Shown here: in pieces, positions 20,366-30,267 of the stretch
Numbering within the stretch: position 1 is the first letter of the stretch
How the letters are laid out: each line of letters starts with the position of its first letter
Assembly: GCA_044869805.1 (NCBI GenBank)
Contig: JBIOXV010000207.1
Coordinates: forward strand, 8,062 to 72,061
Length of the DNA: 64,000 nucleotides
DNA from: Thermoanaerobaculia bacterium
GTDB lineage: Bacteria > Acidobacteriota > Thermoanaerobaculia > Multivoradales > SZUA-115
Direction of reading: 5' to 3'
Notes under the pieces: model-generated
Databases searched by the model: none
The model's input: the letters and a program-made list of their open reading frames with translations, nothing else
What the model was told of the DNA's origin: nothing
Translations under genes and position numbers: made by a program

Positions 20366-21673
20366 GTGCCGCGGAAGGTTGTCGAGGACGAGTATCATCC
20401 CGAGCGAGCCATGGCAGAAAGGAAGCCGACGCTGGTTCGCCGCCTGCTGCGGGCCTTGGGTCCGGGACTCGTCACCGGCGCCGCCGACGACGATCCGGCC
20501 GGGATCGCCACCTACTCGATCGCCGGCGCCCGCTTCGGGACCGGGCTGCTGTGGCTGGCGCCGCTGACCTGGCCGCTGATGGCGGCCGTCGAGGGCATGT
20601 GCGCCCGGGTGGGGATGGTGACCGGCGGCGGCCTCATGGACGCGCTGCGCCGGAAGCTCCCTCGGCCTGTCCTCTTCCTCGCGGCGGCAGCACTCTTCGC
20701 CGCCAACACTTTCAACGTCGGAGCCGACCTCGCCGGGATGGGCGATGCGGCCGAGCTGCTGACCGGAGTCGACTCGCGCGCCTGGGTCGTGGGCTTCGGG
20801 CTGGTCATCGCCTGGGCGACCATCGCCCTGCGCTATGCGGCGATCGCCCGGATCTTGAAGTGGCTGGTGCTGGTGCTCTTCGCCTACGTGGTGACCGCGA
20901 TCTCCATCGGCCCGGACTGGGGCGAGGTCCTGCGCGCGACCTTCGTGCCGAGCATCCCGCGGGGCGAAGGCGCCTGGGCGACCATCGTCGCCATCCTGGG
21001 CACCACGATCAGCCCCTACCTCTTTTTCTGGCAGGCGTCGGAAGAGGTCGAGGAGGAAAAAGCCCAGGGGCGCAAGGTCCTCGGCGAGCGGGTCGGCGCC
21101 ACTCGCGAGGAGATCGTGACCCGTTCTGTGGACGTCGGCGTGGGCACCTTCTTCTGCAACCTGACGTTCTTCTTCATCATCCTGACGACCGCACTGACGC
21201 TCCACCGGCACGGGATCACGCAGCCGGAGACCTCGGCGGAGGTCGCGTCGGCGCTGCGGCCACTCGCGGGCCCGTTCGCCACTGTCCTCTACACGGTTGG
21301 CATCGTGGGGTTGGGTGCGCTGGCGATCCCGACGCTCGCCGGGTCGGCGGCCTACGCGCTCTCCGAGCTGTTCGGGTGGAGGGAGGGGATCGACGAGCGG
21401 CTGCGAGGGGCGCCGGGCTTCTACAGCGTCTTCGCCCTCTCCATCGGCTGCGCCGTGGCGATGGACTTCGCCGACTTCAGCGCCGTGCGCGCGCTCTACT
21501 TCTCCGCGATCATCAACGGCATCCTCGCGCCCTTCCTGCTGGCCGGAATCCTCGCCGTCGCCTCCGACCGCAGGATCATGGAGGGGCAGCCCAGCTCACG
21601 ACTCGGCCAGGCGACCGTCTTCGTCACCATGCTCGCCATGCTGGCGGCAGCGGCGGCGATGTTCCTCGTCTGA
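20366..21673 (+). CDS. mntH: NRAMP family divalent metal (Mn2+/Fe2+) transporter
   Basis: GPGLVTGAADDDPAGIATYSIAGA matches the Nramp signature, and the protein is polytopic. An alternative ATG start lies at 20411. Confidence 0.75.
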   Translation: MPRKVVEDEYHPERAMAERKPTLVRRLLRALGPGLVTGAADDDPAGIATYSIAGARFGTGLLWLAPLTWPLMAAVEGMCARVGMVTGGGLMDALRRKLPRPVLFLAAAALFAANTFNVGADLAGMGDAAELLTGVDSRAWVVGFGLVIAWATIALRYAAIARILKWLVLVLFAYVVTAISIGPDWGEVLRATFVPSIPRGEGAWATIVAILGTTISPYLFFWQASEEVEEEKAQGRKVLGERVGATREEIVTRSVDVGVGTFFCNLTFFFIILTTALTLHRHGITQPETSAEVASALRPLAGPFATVLYTVGIVGLGALAIPTLAGSAAYALSELFGWREGIDERLRGAPGFYSVFALSIGCAVAMDFADFSAVRALYFSAIINGILAPFLLAGILAVASDRRIMEGQPSSRLGQATVFVTMLAMLAAAAAMFLV

Positions 21674-21704
21674 CTCGCACCCGACGTTCAAGGCCGCAGA
21701 TCGC

Positions 21705-22760
21705 CTAGAACAGCGGCGGCTGGGCGCTCTCCTGCTCGTTTTCCTCATCGCTCGCCGCGCGGGATTCGCCGCCGTTGTCGTCCCCGGCCGCGATCGAGGC
21801 TTCGTCCGTCAGGCCGTCGAGGTAAAGGTGGCGGCCGAAGCCCTTGAGGTACTGCAGGCCCGTGCCGTGCTCGCGCGCGACCTTGATCTGGTTGAGCTTG
21901 GCGTCGAGGTCGTCGATGAAGTGCAGCACCACGGCCTCGGCGGTCATCGGTTCGACCACCGCCGAGAACTCCTTTTTGCCCTGGTGTGAGAGCACGAGGT
22001 GCTCGAGCTGAAGCTTGAGGTCGGCCGGAAAATCGGGGATCGCGGCCACCCGCTCGAGTAGCAGGTCGCGGCCGATCACCACGTGGCCCACCAGCCGGCC
22101 CTCGACGGTGTAGTCGTTCGAGGGGAAGCCGCCCAGCTCGCGGATCTTGCCGAGGTCGTGGAACAGCACGCCCAGGAGCAGCAGGTCGCGGTCGAGCTCG
22201 CGGTAGTGGGAGCTGACGGAGAGGGCCAGCTCCGCCATCGACACTACGTGCTCGAGCAATCCCCCACGGTAGGCATGGTGCATGGACTTGGCAGCCGGGT
22301 GCTTGCGCAAGGCCTCGCCGTAGATCGCCAGGGTGTCGCTCGCCAGCAGGGCGAGGGCGGGGCGGGAGATCTCCTCGCGAAACACCCGTAGGAGCCGGCG
22401 CCAGAGTTCATCCACGTCCTCGCGTGTGGACGGGATGAGCAGGGCCTCGTCGAAGCCGTGGCGACGGTCCTCGTCGGTTGCCTGCCGGCATTCGTCGATG
22501 GAGAGCTGCAAGGCATCGCGATAGAGCTTCACGGAGCCTCGGAAGGCCACGAAGTTGTAGGCCTCGAAGCGGCCGTCGAGGGCCGGGCTGTCGCTCCAGA
22601 TCTTGGCCACCATGCTGCCGCTCGAGTCGGCCACCTCGAGGTCCATGTAGGAGCGGCCGTTGCGGTCCTGGCGCGTCTCCTTGCGGGTCAAGAGCGCGAA
22701 GCCCTGCACCTGGTCTCCCGCCAGCCAGGTGGCGATCGGAACGTTCTTGCGCATGGGCAT
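21705..22760 (-). CDS. YhaM-like 3'-5' exoribonuclease (OB-fold plus HD domain)
   Basis: N-terminal OB-like region and an HD-domain motif (VLFHDLGK...HQGK). Start is taken at the internal ATG (MPMRKN). Confidence 0.55.
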   Translation of the reverse strand: MPMRKNVPIATWLAGDQVQGFALLTRKETRQDRNGRSYMDLEVADSSGSMVAKIWSDSPALDGRFEAYNFVAFRGSVKLYRDALQLSIDECRQATDEDRRHGFDEALLIPSTREDVDELWRRLLRVFREEISRPALALLASDTLAIYGEALRKHPAAKSMHHAYRGGLLEHVVSMAELALSVSSHYRELDRDLLLLGVLFHDLGKIRELGGFPSNDYTVEGRLVGHVVIGRDLLLERVAAIPDFPADLKLQLEHLVLSHQGKKEFSAVVEPMTAEAVVLHFIDDLDAKLNQIKVAREHGTGLQYLKGFGRHLYLDGLTDEASIAAGDDNGGESRAASDEENEQESAQPPLF

Positions 22761-22945
22761 GGTCGTGGCCGCTGCGCATCCGCCGGCCGCGGCCGGAAGA
22801 CGGAGGCTGGGGCTGCCGGCAGAGTGTATGGCGGATGCGGGCGGGCGCCAAGGCGAAGCGTTACCTGTCCGCCGCCTGGCGCGCCTGCCGTCTGGCGTGC
22901 CTGGCATCTGGCGTGCCTGGCATCTAGCGTGCAGAGGCCGGCCCC

Positions 22946-25579
22946 ATGCTTTCCACCGCCCGCAGCAGCACTGCCCTCCTCCTGGTGGGCCTCGCCTCGA
23001 TAGTGTGTGCTTCGCCGGCCTCCGGCCAGGAGGCCGGCCCCTGGCCGGAGGCCGACCGCAGCTTCTTCTACGACGGCCCGGGCTGGCTGTTGGCGCCGGG
23101 GGAGCGGGAAAAACTCCTCACCACGGACGCCGCCAGCCGGGCGGCGTCGATCGCGGCGTTCCTCGACCACGACCCCATCCCGGAGACCGCCGAGCAGGAG
23201 CTCCAGGAAGGCATCCGGCGCCGACTCGAGCTGGCACGCTCGCTGTTCCTGTCGCCGGCCGACCTCCGCTACCAGCTCGTGTTCTTGAACGGCCCGCCGG
23301 CCGAGCGCATCGTGGTCGACTGCGGCCAGGCCTACAAGCCGCTCGAGGTCTGGAGCTACCCGCCGGCCACCGGCCCGGGCGCGCGTGGCATCGAGGCCCA
23401 GCAGGAGTCCGGGGCGGAGCCCGACACAGGCGAGGTCAAGGGCCGCTACCTGCGCCGGCGCTCGCGCTGGTCGGAGGAGCCGATGCTGGTGCTCTACCGC
23501 TCGACGCCGGTCGAGCCCTACCGCCTGTGGCGGCCCGACGACGGCAAGCGGGCCCTCTACACGCGGGAGATGGAGTACCTGCTCGAGCAGTACGACGAGC
23601 TGCGCAACTTCATCGTCGGCATGCGCTTCGATCTCCAGGCCTGCGACGAGGCACGCAAGATCGATCGCGCCACCGGCGTCGAGGGGCTCTCCGGGTTCCT
23701 GCGCGGCCGCCCGACCACGGCCGCCGTCGACGCCTTCGTGGGGCCGCCCAAGGACCTCGCCGCCTGGGCCCGCGAGGCTGCCCAGACCGTGCTCCCGCCC
23801 TCCGACAAGCCCACCCTCACGCTAGCGCCGCTGGCGGTCGAGTTCCCGCACTTCGCCGGCGAGCGCATGCTGGCCCGCATGATGGTGACACTGCCGGCGG
23901 GCGACCCGCTCACCGCCAACGCCGACGGCGACCTCGAGCTGATGGTCGAGGGCATTCTGTCGAGCGAAGGCCGGATCCTGGGCCAGGCCCGGCTGCGCTT
24001 CGAGATCGAGCCGCCGCCGGCCGGCCAGCAGATCAAGCTCGCCATCGACGAGCCGTTGCGCACCGGCATGCCGGTGATGGCTCACTTCAAGGTCTGGGAT
24101 GCGACCAGCGGCGCCACGGCGTGGGTGGCGAGCGGGTTCCGGGTGCCCAAGAGCCCGACGCCCCCGGAGGGCACCTCCGGCCTGATGACCGCCGCGGCGC
24201 AGGGCGAGAAGCTCGCCGCGGAGGCCGCCGCGGTCGCCCGCGACAGCCTGATGCTCGCCCCGCCGCTCGAGGGCCAGGTGGTGCTCGGGCTGTGGCGCGC
24301 CATCGCCCTGGTCACCGGCGAAGGGATCAAGAAGGTGGTCTTCAAGGTCGACGGCGTGGCGCAGGTGACGCGGGTGACCGAGCCCTGGGAGGTCGAGCTG
24401 CGCCTGGCGACCTACCCCACGGAGCAGATCGTGCGCGTCGAGGGGCTCGACGGCGCCGGCAACCTGATCGCTTCCGACGAAGTGATCCTCAACCAGCCGC
24501 GCGGCGCCTTCCGGGTGCGGATCGTCGAGCCCAAGCGCGGCGCCCGGCTGGCGGGCGAGGTCACGGCGCGGGCCGAGGTGGTGGTGCCGGACGAGCGCAC
24601 GGTGTCCAAGGTCGAGTTCAAGGTCAACGACCAGATGATCGCCACGCTCGAGAAGCCGCCGTGGACGGTGAAAGTAGTGGTGCCGGGCGCGGGCCAGACG
24701 GCCTACGTCGCGGCGACCGCCTTCCTCGACGACGGCCGCCAGGCGGAGGACGTGCGGTTCCTGAACGCGCCCGACTACGTGGAAGAGGTGGACGTGCGGT
24801 TGGTGGAGCTCTACACCACGGTGGTGGACCGCTCTGGCCGCCTCGCCCGCGGCCTGACCGACGCCGACTTCGAGGTGCAGGAGGATGGCCGCCGCCAGCA
24901 GATCACCAAGTTCGAGCTGGTCGAGAACCTGCCCCTGATCCTGGGCATCACGATCGACACCTCGGGCTCGATGGCGAGCTCGCTCGCCGAGGCGCAAGAG
25001 GCGGGCCGCAACTTCTTGAGCGAGGTGGTCCGCCCCACCGATCACTGCTTCGTGGTCGCCTTCTCCGGCAAGCCGACCCTGGTGATGCCGCCGACCGACG
25101 ACGAGGGGGCCTGCATGCAGGGGCTCGACGGCCTGCAGGCCGTGGGCTGGACGGCGCTGCACGACGCGGTGGTGACCAGCCTCTACTACATGCGGGAGCT
25201 CGAGGGCCAGCGCGCCCTGGTGCTGCTCTCCGACGGCGACGACACCGCCAGCAGCATCCGCTGGGAAGAGGCGCTCGAATACGCCAAACGCAGCGGCGTG
25301 GCGGTGTTCCCGGTCGGCCTCGGGGTCGGCGCCGCCGACCTCCGCATCCGCGGCAAGCTCGGCGATCTGGCGCGGGAGACCGGCGGGCGCCTGTTCTACA
25401 TCGACCGCGCCGAGGAGCTGGCGAGCGTCTACGACGAGATCGAGAGCGAGCTGCGCAGCCGCTATCTCATCGCCTACGCGCCGGACAGGAGCGACGAGAC
25501 CGGCGCCTTCCACCTGATCGAAGTCAAGGTGAAGAAGGACGGGTTGAAAGCGCGCACCATCCGTGGCTACTATCGGTGA
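22946..25579 (+). CDS. secreted GWxTD-like/VWA protein, paralog 4 (most divergent)
   Basis: Signal peptide, PGWLL..GEREKLL N-domain variant, MIDAS TIDTSGSM, and a C-terminal RGYYR. Confidence 0.65.
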   Translation: MLSTARSSTALLLVGLASIVCASPASGQEAGPWPEADRSFFYDGPGWLLAPGEREKLLTTDAASRAASIAAFLDHDPIPETAEQELQEGIRRRLELARSLFLSPADLRYQLVFLNGPPAERIVVDCGQAYKPLEVWSYPPATGPGARGIEAQQESGAEPDTGEVKGRYLRRRSRWSEEPMLVLYRSTPVEPYRLWRPDDGKRALYTREMEYLLEQYDELRNFIVGMRFDLQACDEARKIDRATGVEGLSGFLRGRPTTAAVDAFVGPPKDLAAWAREAAQTVLPPSDKPTLTLAPLAVEFPHFAGERMLARMMVTLPAGDPLTANADGDLELMVEGILSSEGRILGQARLRFEIEPPPAGQQIKLAIDEPLRTGMPVMAHFKVWDATSGATAWVASGFRVPKSPTPPEGTSGLMTAAAQGEKLAAEAAAVARDSLMLAPPLEGQVVLGLWRAIALVTGEGIKKVVFKVDGVAQVTRVTEPWEVELRLATYPTEQIVRVEGLDGAGNLIASDEVILNQPRGAFRVRIVEPKRGARLAGEVTARAEVVVPDERTVSKVEFKVNDQMIATLEKPPWTVKVVVPGAGQTAYVAATAFLDDGRQAEDVRFLNAPDYVEEVDVRLVELYTTVVDRSGRLARGLTDADFEVQEDGRRQQITKFELVENLPLILGITIDTSGSMASSLAEAQEAGRNFLSEVVRPTDHCFVVAFSGKPTLVMPPTDDEGACMQGLDGLQAVGWTALHDAVVTSLYYMRELEGQRALVLLSDGDDTASSIRWEEALEYAKRSGVAVFPVGLGVGAADLRIRGKLGDLARETGGRLFYIDRAEELASVYDEIESELRSRYLIAYAPDRSDETGAFHLIEVKVKKDGLKARTIRGYYR

Positions 25580-25624
25580 GCCCCGCGCCGGCCGCGCCCT
25601 CGTGGCCGGCGCCGGGCGACGATC

Positions 25625-26305
25625 ATGCGCCTCCCGACTCGCACCGTAGCCCTCGCCGCCTTCCTTTCTCTGGCCGGTGCCGGAGTCTTCGCCGTGGGGG
25701 CCTTCGCCGCGGAGACCGGGGTCTTCGAGCTGGGGTCACTCAACAAGCGGTACGACCACCTGACCTCCGACCTGGCGCCGATCGAGACCGGCGGCATCAA
25801 GGTCCAGCTCTCCTCACCGCAGCACGAGCTCTCCCTGTTGTCGAACCGCTTGGTGCTGCGGCCCCTCGGCCCCGGCAGTTACGACCTCGCCCTGCAGATC
25901 GAGTTCGGCGGCAGCGGCTCGCTGATCGCCGACCTCGACGTCTCGGGCGCCGCCTCCAGGCTCACGGACGAGCTCGTGGTGCCGGCCCAGCGGCGCACGG
26001 TGCTCGCCAAGGTGAAGATCGCGCGCTCCCGCTCGGGCTACCTCATCACGCCGCTCGAGCTGCCGAGCGACTTCCAGGTCGAGATCGAGAGCCGCCTGGG
26101 CTCGCAGCTCGTCGCCGCCTGCCGGCCGCTCGGCCTGCTGATGCCGCTCAACTGCGACGACCTCGAGCGCGCGCTGACGCTGGTCTCGATCCCCATGCCG
26201 GCGCCGGGCGAGACCTACCTGTTCGAGAGCGAGCGCCTGGCGGAGAGCGAGCGCCGCGACCTGGACGCCTATCTGAAGCGCACCGGCGCTACGTTCCTCG
26301 AGTAG
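25625..26305 (+). CDS. secreted hypothetical protein, likely co-transcribed with paralog 4
   Basis: Signal peptide, 46-bp gap after paralog 4, same strand. I recognise no domain. Confidence 0.45.
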   Translation: MRLPTRTVALAAFLSLAGAGVFAVGAFAAETGVFELGSLNKRYDHLTSDLAPIETGGIKVQLSSPQHELSLLSNRLVLRPLGPGSYDLALQIEFGGSGSLIADLDVSGAASRLTDELVVPAQRRTVLAKVKIARSRSGYLITPLELPSDFQVEIESRLGSQLVAACRPLGLLMPLNCDDLERALTLVSIPMPAPGETYLFESERLAESERRDLDAYLKRTGATFLE

Positions 26306-26444
26306 CCTGGAACGAAACCTACTGTGCGGTCCATCTGCTGCGTCGCGGGTCCTCCCCGCGATCCTCACGTACTGACGTGTACGCTGCGGTCGCCGGGTCC
26401 TCCCGCTCCTTGCACCTAGACCGCTCGCGACGGTTTCGTTCCAG
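26306..26444 (+). repeat. copy B of the roughly 140-bp conserved element, with a perfect 14-bp terminal inverted repeat
   Basis: The arms CCTGGAACGAAACC ... GGTTTCGTTCCAGG flank the conserved core. The element fills the whole gap between two convergent stop codons. Confidence 0.65.
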
Positions 26445-26446
26445 GC

Positions 26447-29400
26447 TCAGATCGCGCGGCCAGCTCCCGGGGCCGCCGGCCAGGTCAGGCCCTCCTGCGT
26501 GGCCAGGGCGACGATCTCCTGGTGCTCGCGGACCCGGAAGAGGAAGGTGTGCCGCTCCGTGGGGCTGAGGCCGTCGGCCTTGGCGAGCAGCAGCCGATAG
26601 GCGAGGCGCAGGTGCGGCAGGGCGCCGCGCGGCCGGCTGTCGCGGCGGGCGAGCCAGGCGAGGGCCTGATAGAGGCGTAGCTCGCCGATCTCGCGGCGCT
26701 CCAGGTGCAGGCTCTCCCCGAGGAACGCCCCGAGATCGGCGGCGAGGCGCTCGACCCTGGCCTCGTCCGCGGCCGCCATCGCGAGGTCCAGCCAGGCTGT
26801 GAGGTCGAGCAGGATCGCCTCGCGATCGCCTACCCGTCGGTGCGCCGCCACCGCCTCGGCAAACGCCGAGGCGGCCTCGCTCCATTGGCGCTTGGCGAGC
26901 AGCACCTCGCCGATCAGTCGCTGGGCGTCGCCAAGGGCGGCGTTCAAGGAGCTCTGCAGCCGCAGGTCGAACTGCGCCCTGCGAGCTTCCTCGAGCGCGC
27001 TGTCGAAGCTCTCGAGGTGGAAGTAGTTCTCGGCCACGGCGAGCCGGGCGATGGCCGCGCCCGAGGCATCCTCGCTCGCTTCGCGCAGCGCCAGCGCCCG
27101 CCGCAAGGGGGCCGAGGCGGTGGCGAAGTCACCCAGGCGGGAGAGGGCCTTGGCGATGCCGAGCAGCGCAAAGCCGACTTCGGCGGGGTCCCCCGCGGCC
27201 GCCAGCACGCTTTCGGCTTCCCGGTAGTGGGCCAGGGCGGCGGGGTAGCGGCCCTCGAGCAACGCGATCCGGCCCAGGGCGGAGAGCGAGCTGCCGACGG
27301 CCTTCGGCTTGTCGAGGTGGCGGCGGATGGCGAGCGCCCGCTCGTGGAGCTCGAGGCCGTCGCGCAGCCGGCGCTGGTGCACGGCGACATTGCCGAGGTG
27401 GAAGAGGCAGCTCGCGGCGAGCGAGGAGGTGTCGGCCGGCCCGAGGTGGGGAAGCACCCGCTCGAGCAGCTCGCCGGCCTCCTGGTGGTGCTCCTGGCGG
27501 ATCAGCAGCCGCGCCAGGTGGAGCACCAGCACGGCGCCGGCCAGCGGCTCGCGGGCGCCGGGCCCCGAGAGCGCCTGGCGAAGGGTCGCCTCGGCATCCG
27601 CCAGGCGCCCTTCCTGCTCCTCGAGCTCGGCGGCGAGGCCCGCCAGGGCCAGCGCCTTCCTGGAGTCGCCCTGGGCCAGGGCGCGGGCGAGAGTCAGCTC
27701 GTCGGCGAGGTCCCGCAAGCGCCCCAGCTTTCTGGCCAGGGGCAGGAGGTGCCAGAGGATCAGCAGCTCGAGCTGCGGCTGGCCGCTCGGCAGGTCCTTG
27801 GCGCGCTTCCGCAAGGCGTCGAGCTCAGCGGCGAGGGCCTGGAAGAGCGCTTCGGGCGGCGCCCCTCCCTCCGCCACCGCCTCGAGCAGCGCCGTGAGCC
27901 CCAGCGGCGAGGTGGCGAGCAGCGCGTAGCGCGGCCAGGCAGCCTGCGGCACCGCCGGCAGCGTCTTCCCCAACGTCAACCGGAGGCGGGCGGCCTCCGC
28001 GCCGGGAAGGGTGGCGCGCAGCGCCGCGGCCAGGGCCGGGCAGGCGAGCACCAGGCCGGGGCCCCAGGCCGACGGGGCCGCCTCGGCCCAGCCCTCCTTC
28101 ACCCACGCTCCTGCCCAGCCGGCCGCGAGCGCCTCGCCCCCGGCCGCGGCCAGGGCCTGCGGCGGCACCGGCAGGCCGGCGACGGCCAGCAGGCGGGAGG
28201 CGAGCGGCCCGCCCAGGCGGCGGGCCTCGGCTTCCGCGTGCTGCACCAGCCGCTCGGAGGGAAGGTAGGTCGTCGCTTCGCTGCCACCGAAGAAGAAGCT
28301 GCCGAGCACCTGGCGAATCAGGCCGGCCTGGACCATCGCCGTCAAGCCCTCCTCCAGTGCGAACGGGTTGCCGTGCGCCACCTCCAGCAGGGTGGTCTGC
28401 ACGGCGGCGGGAAGCGACAGGCTGGCGCCGAGCCGCGAGAGCGTAGCCGCGAGGTCGGCGGCAGGCAGCGGCTCGACGCGCGCCCCCAGCGCGGAGGAGC
28501 GCCTGAGGCCAGCCGGCAGCGAGCGGCCGGCCGCGACCAGGCGGAAGCCGCCCTTCGCGGTGGCCGTCTCGGCCAACCATGCGAGGAAGGCGAGATCCTC
28601 CGCGGTCGCCCCTTCGAGGCCGTCCACCACCACGACCGGCGGCCGGCCCGCCGCCCGGCCCAGCTCGGCGAGGAGGCCGGGCAGGGCGGGCCCGACCCGC
28701 TGGTCGTCGACGCCGAGGTCCGCCAGCCCTTGAAAGGCCGCGCCCGCCGCGGTGCCGGCGGCCAGCATGCGGAGGAGGAGCTGGGTGGTGAGCGTCGGCC
28801 CCGCCTGCCGTGCCGGCCTCGGACTCGTCCACAGCACGGGAGCGCCGGCGCCCGCCAGAGCCTCCCAGACCGCACGCGTCTTGCCGCAGCCTGCCGGGCC
28901 GGTCACCACCACCCGCGGTGCCGGGGAGGCCAGCACCTTGTCGAGCTCCGGCCGGGGCACGTAGGCCGAGCGGCGCTTGAGCGGGCGGGGGTTCCGGTAG
29001 GGTGGCGCTTCGGTGTCCTCGCCGAGGGCCTGGACCAAGGGCACCCGCAGGCCACCGAGCCCCTGGAAGGTCCCGGCCGGCCGCAGCTTGCGGCGCACCT
29101 CCAGGCGGGCCGCGGCGTGCGTGGTGAGGAAGACCTTGCCCGCTTCGAGGGCCGGCGCCCGCCGCTCCGTCTCCTCGAGCAGGGGGTTGGCCACTACCGC
29201 GGCGGCGGGGAGCTCGATCTGCCCGGGCAAGAGCAGGAAGCGCAGGCCGCCGCCCCGCGGGCCGGGGCCACCGCCGGCGGCGGCGGTGGCGGAAAGCAGC
29301 TCGGCGGCCACCACCAGGGCGGCATCGAAGACCGCCGGGTCGCCGGCCTCCGGCACCACGGCGCAGAGGTTGGGCCGTGGCCAGAGCACCCCGGGGCGCT

Positions 29401-29524
29401 CGCGCACCGCGCCGCGTGCCGCCGCCAGGGTCTCGGCCCGGCCGTGCTCCTCCCACACCCGGAGCAAGGCGGCGGGCACGATGAGGCGGGGCTCAGGGGC
29501 GCGGTCCTGGTCCATGGTCGCCAC
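26447..29524 (-). CDS. STAND-type P-loop NTPase with C-terminal TPR-like repeats
   Basis: Walker A (VVTGPAGCGKTR), a long alpha-helical TPR-like C-terminal region, about 190 aa of uncharacterised N-domain, and no HTH found. Confidence 0.55.
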   Translation of the reverse strand: MATMDQDRAPEPRLIVPAALLRVWEEHGRAETLAAARGAVRERPGVLWPRPNLCAVVPEAGDPAVFDAALVVAAELLSATAAAGGGPGPRGGGLRFLLLPGQIELPAAAVVANPLLEETERRAPALEAGKVFLTTHAAARLEVRRKLRPAGTFQGLGGLRVPLVQALGEDTEAPPYRNPRPLKRRSAYVPRPELDKVLASPAPRVVVTGPAGCGKTRAVWEALAGAGAPVLWTSPRPARQAGPTLTTQLLLRMLAAGTAAGAAFQGLADLGVDDQRVGPALPGLLAELGRAAGRPPVVVVDGLEGATAEDLAFLAWLAETATAKGGFRLVAAGRSLPAGLRRSSALGARVEPLPAADLAATLSRLGASLSLPAAVQTTLLEVAHGNPFALEEGLTAMVQAGLIRQVLGSFFFGGSEATTYLPSERLVQHAEAEARRLGGPLASRLLAVAGLPVPPQALAAAGGEALAAGWAGAWVKEGWAEAAPSAWGPGLVLACPALAAALRATLPGAEAARLRLTLGKTLPAVPQAAWPRYALLATSPLGLTALLEAVAEGGAPPEALFQALAAELDALRKRAKDLPSGQPQLELLILWHLLPLARKLGRLRDLADELTLARALAQGDSRKALALAGLAAELEEQEGRLADAEATLRQALSGPGAREPLAGAVLVLHLARLLIRQEHHQEAGELLERVLPHLGPADTSSLAASCLFHLGNVAVHQRRLRDGLELHERALAIRRHLDKPKAVGSSLSALGRIALLEGRYPAALAHYREAESVLAAAGDPAEVGFALLGIAKALSRLGDFATASAPLRRALALREASEDASGAAIARLAVAENYFHLESFDSALEEARRAQFDLRLQSSLNAALGDAQRLIGEVLLAKRQWSEAASAFAEAVAAHRRVGDREAILLDLTAWLDLAMAAADEARVERLAADLGAFLGESLHLERREIGELRLYQALAWLARRDSRPRGALPHLRLAYRLLLAKADGLSPTERHTFLFRVREHQEIVALATQEGLTWPAAPGAGRAI

Positions 29525-29676
29525 GCACGTAGGACTGCCGTGGGGAGCGCCGGGGCCTCAGGGCTTGCTCAGCGAGAAAACTGCGATATTCTAGGGGCCG
29601 GCCTGGAAGCTGAAGGGCCGACCGCCGTCGTCGCCTCGCACCCTGAATCCCAGCCCAGATCGCCGTCCCCCAGACG

Positions 29677-30267
29677 GTGAATCTGCTTGCGGCAATTCGC
29701 GTCGGAGGAAAACTGAGCATGCGCTCCCGCCGTCTAATGAATCGGCTCTATTATTTCACAATTGAAGACGAAAGCATCCTCGCCGAGGCGTTCGGCAAGC
29801 TCGAGGATGACGTCTACGCCATCACCTACAAGGTCACCGGCACCGACGACGTCTTCGTCACCACCCGCGAGACCAAAGACGCGATGGATCGCAACGACGT
29901 CTCCTACAACCTCCTGGCGGAGGAGGACGCGTCGCGCATCTCCATCTATCACTCGCCGCTGTCGCGCGAGGAGCTGTCCGACTACGAGGACGCGATCCGC
30001 GCCCTCGCCCTCGCCCACCGCGCCATCGCGCTCGCCTGCGTCGGCGTCAACGGCGAAACCAACCTTGGCTTCGACCTTTCTGAAGGTCCGAAGCAGTACA
30101 CGTATTTCTCGGCTCCGGGCGGCCACACCTTCATCTGGCGCCTGTTCTTCGAGCGCGAGGACGCGCAGAGCTTCCTCGAGCGCTGGACGTTCGGCGAGAA
30201 GCGCGCCCTGGAGTGGGCCGCTTCGATCCCGCTCGTCTCGGCGAGCGAGCTGCGGTCGTATCATTGA
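29677..30267 (+). CDS. hypothetical protein (start uncertain; alternative ATGs at 29719 and 29740)
   Basis: ORF in a locally lower-GC patch. Its stop overlaps the xseA start. I recognise no domain. Confidence 0.4.
   Translation: MNLLAAIRVGGKLSMRSRRLMNRLYYFTIEDESILAEAFGKLEDDVYAITYKVTGTDDVFVTTRETKDAMDRNDVSYNLLAEEDASRISIYHSPLSREELSDYEDAIRALALAHRAIALACVGVNGETNLGFDLSEGPKQYTYFSAPGGHTFIWRLFFEREDAQSFLERWTFGEKRALEWAASIPLVSASELRSYH

Noticed and set aside
19328-21211. 627-aa ORF on the minus strand extending upstream of corA
   Set aside because: CorA homology covers only the last 323 aa, starting at an ATG with a good RBS. The upstream extension is low-complexity and overlaps the divergent NRAMP gene.
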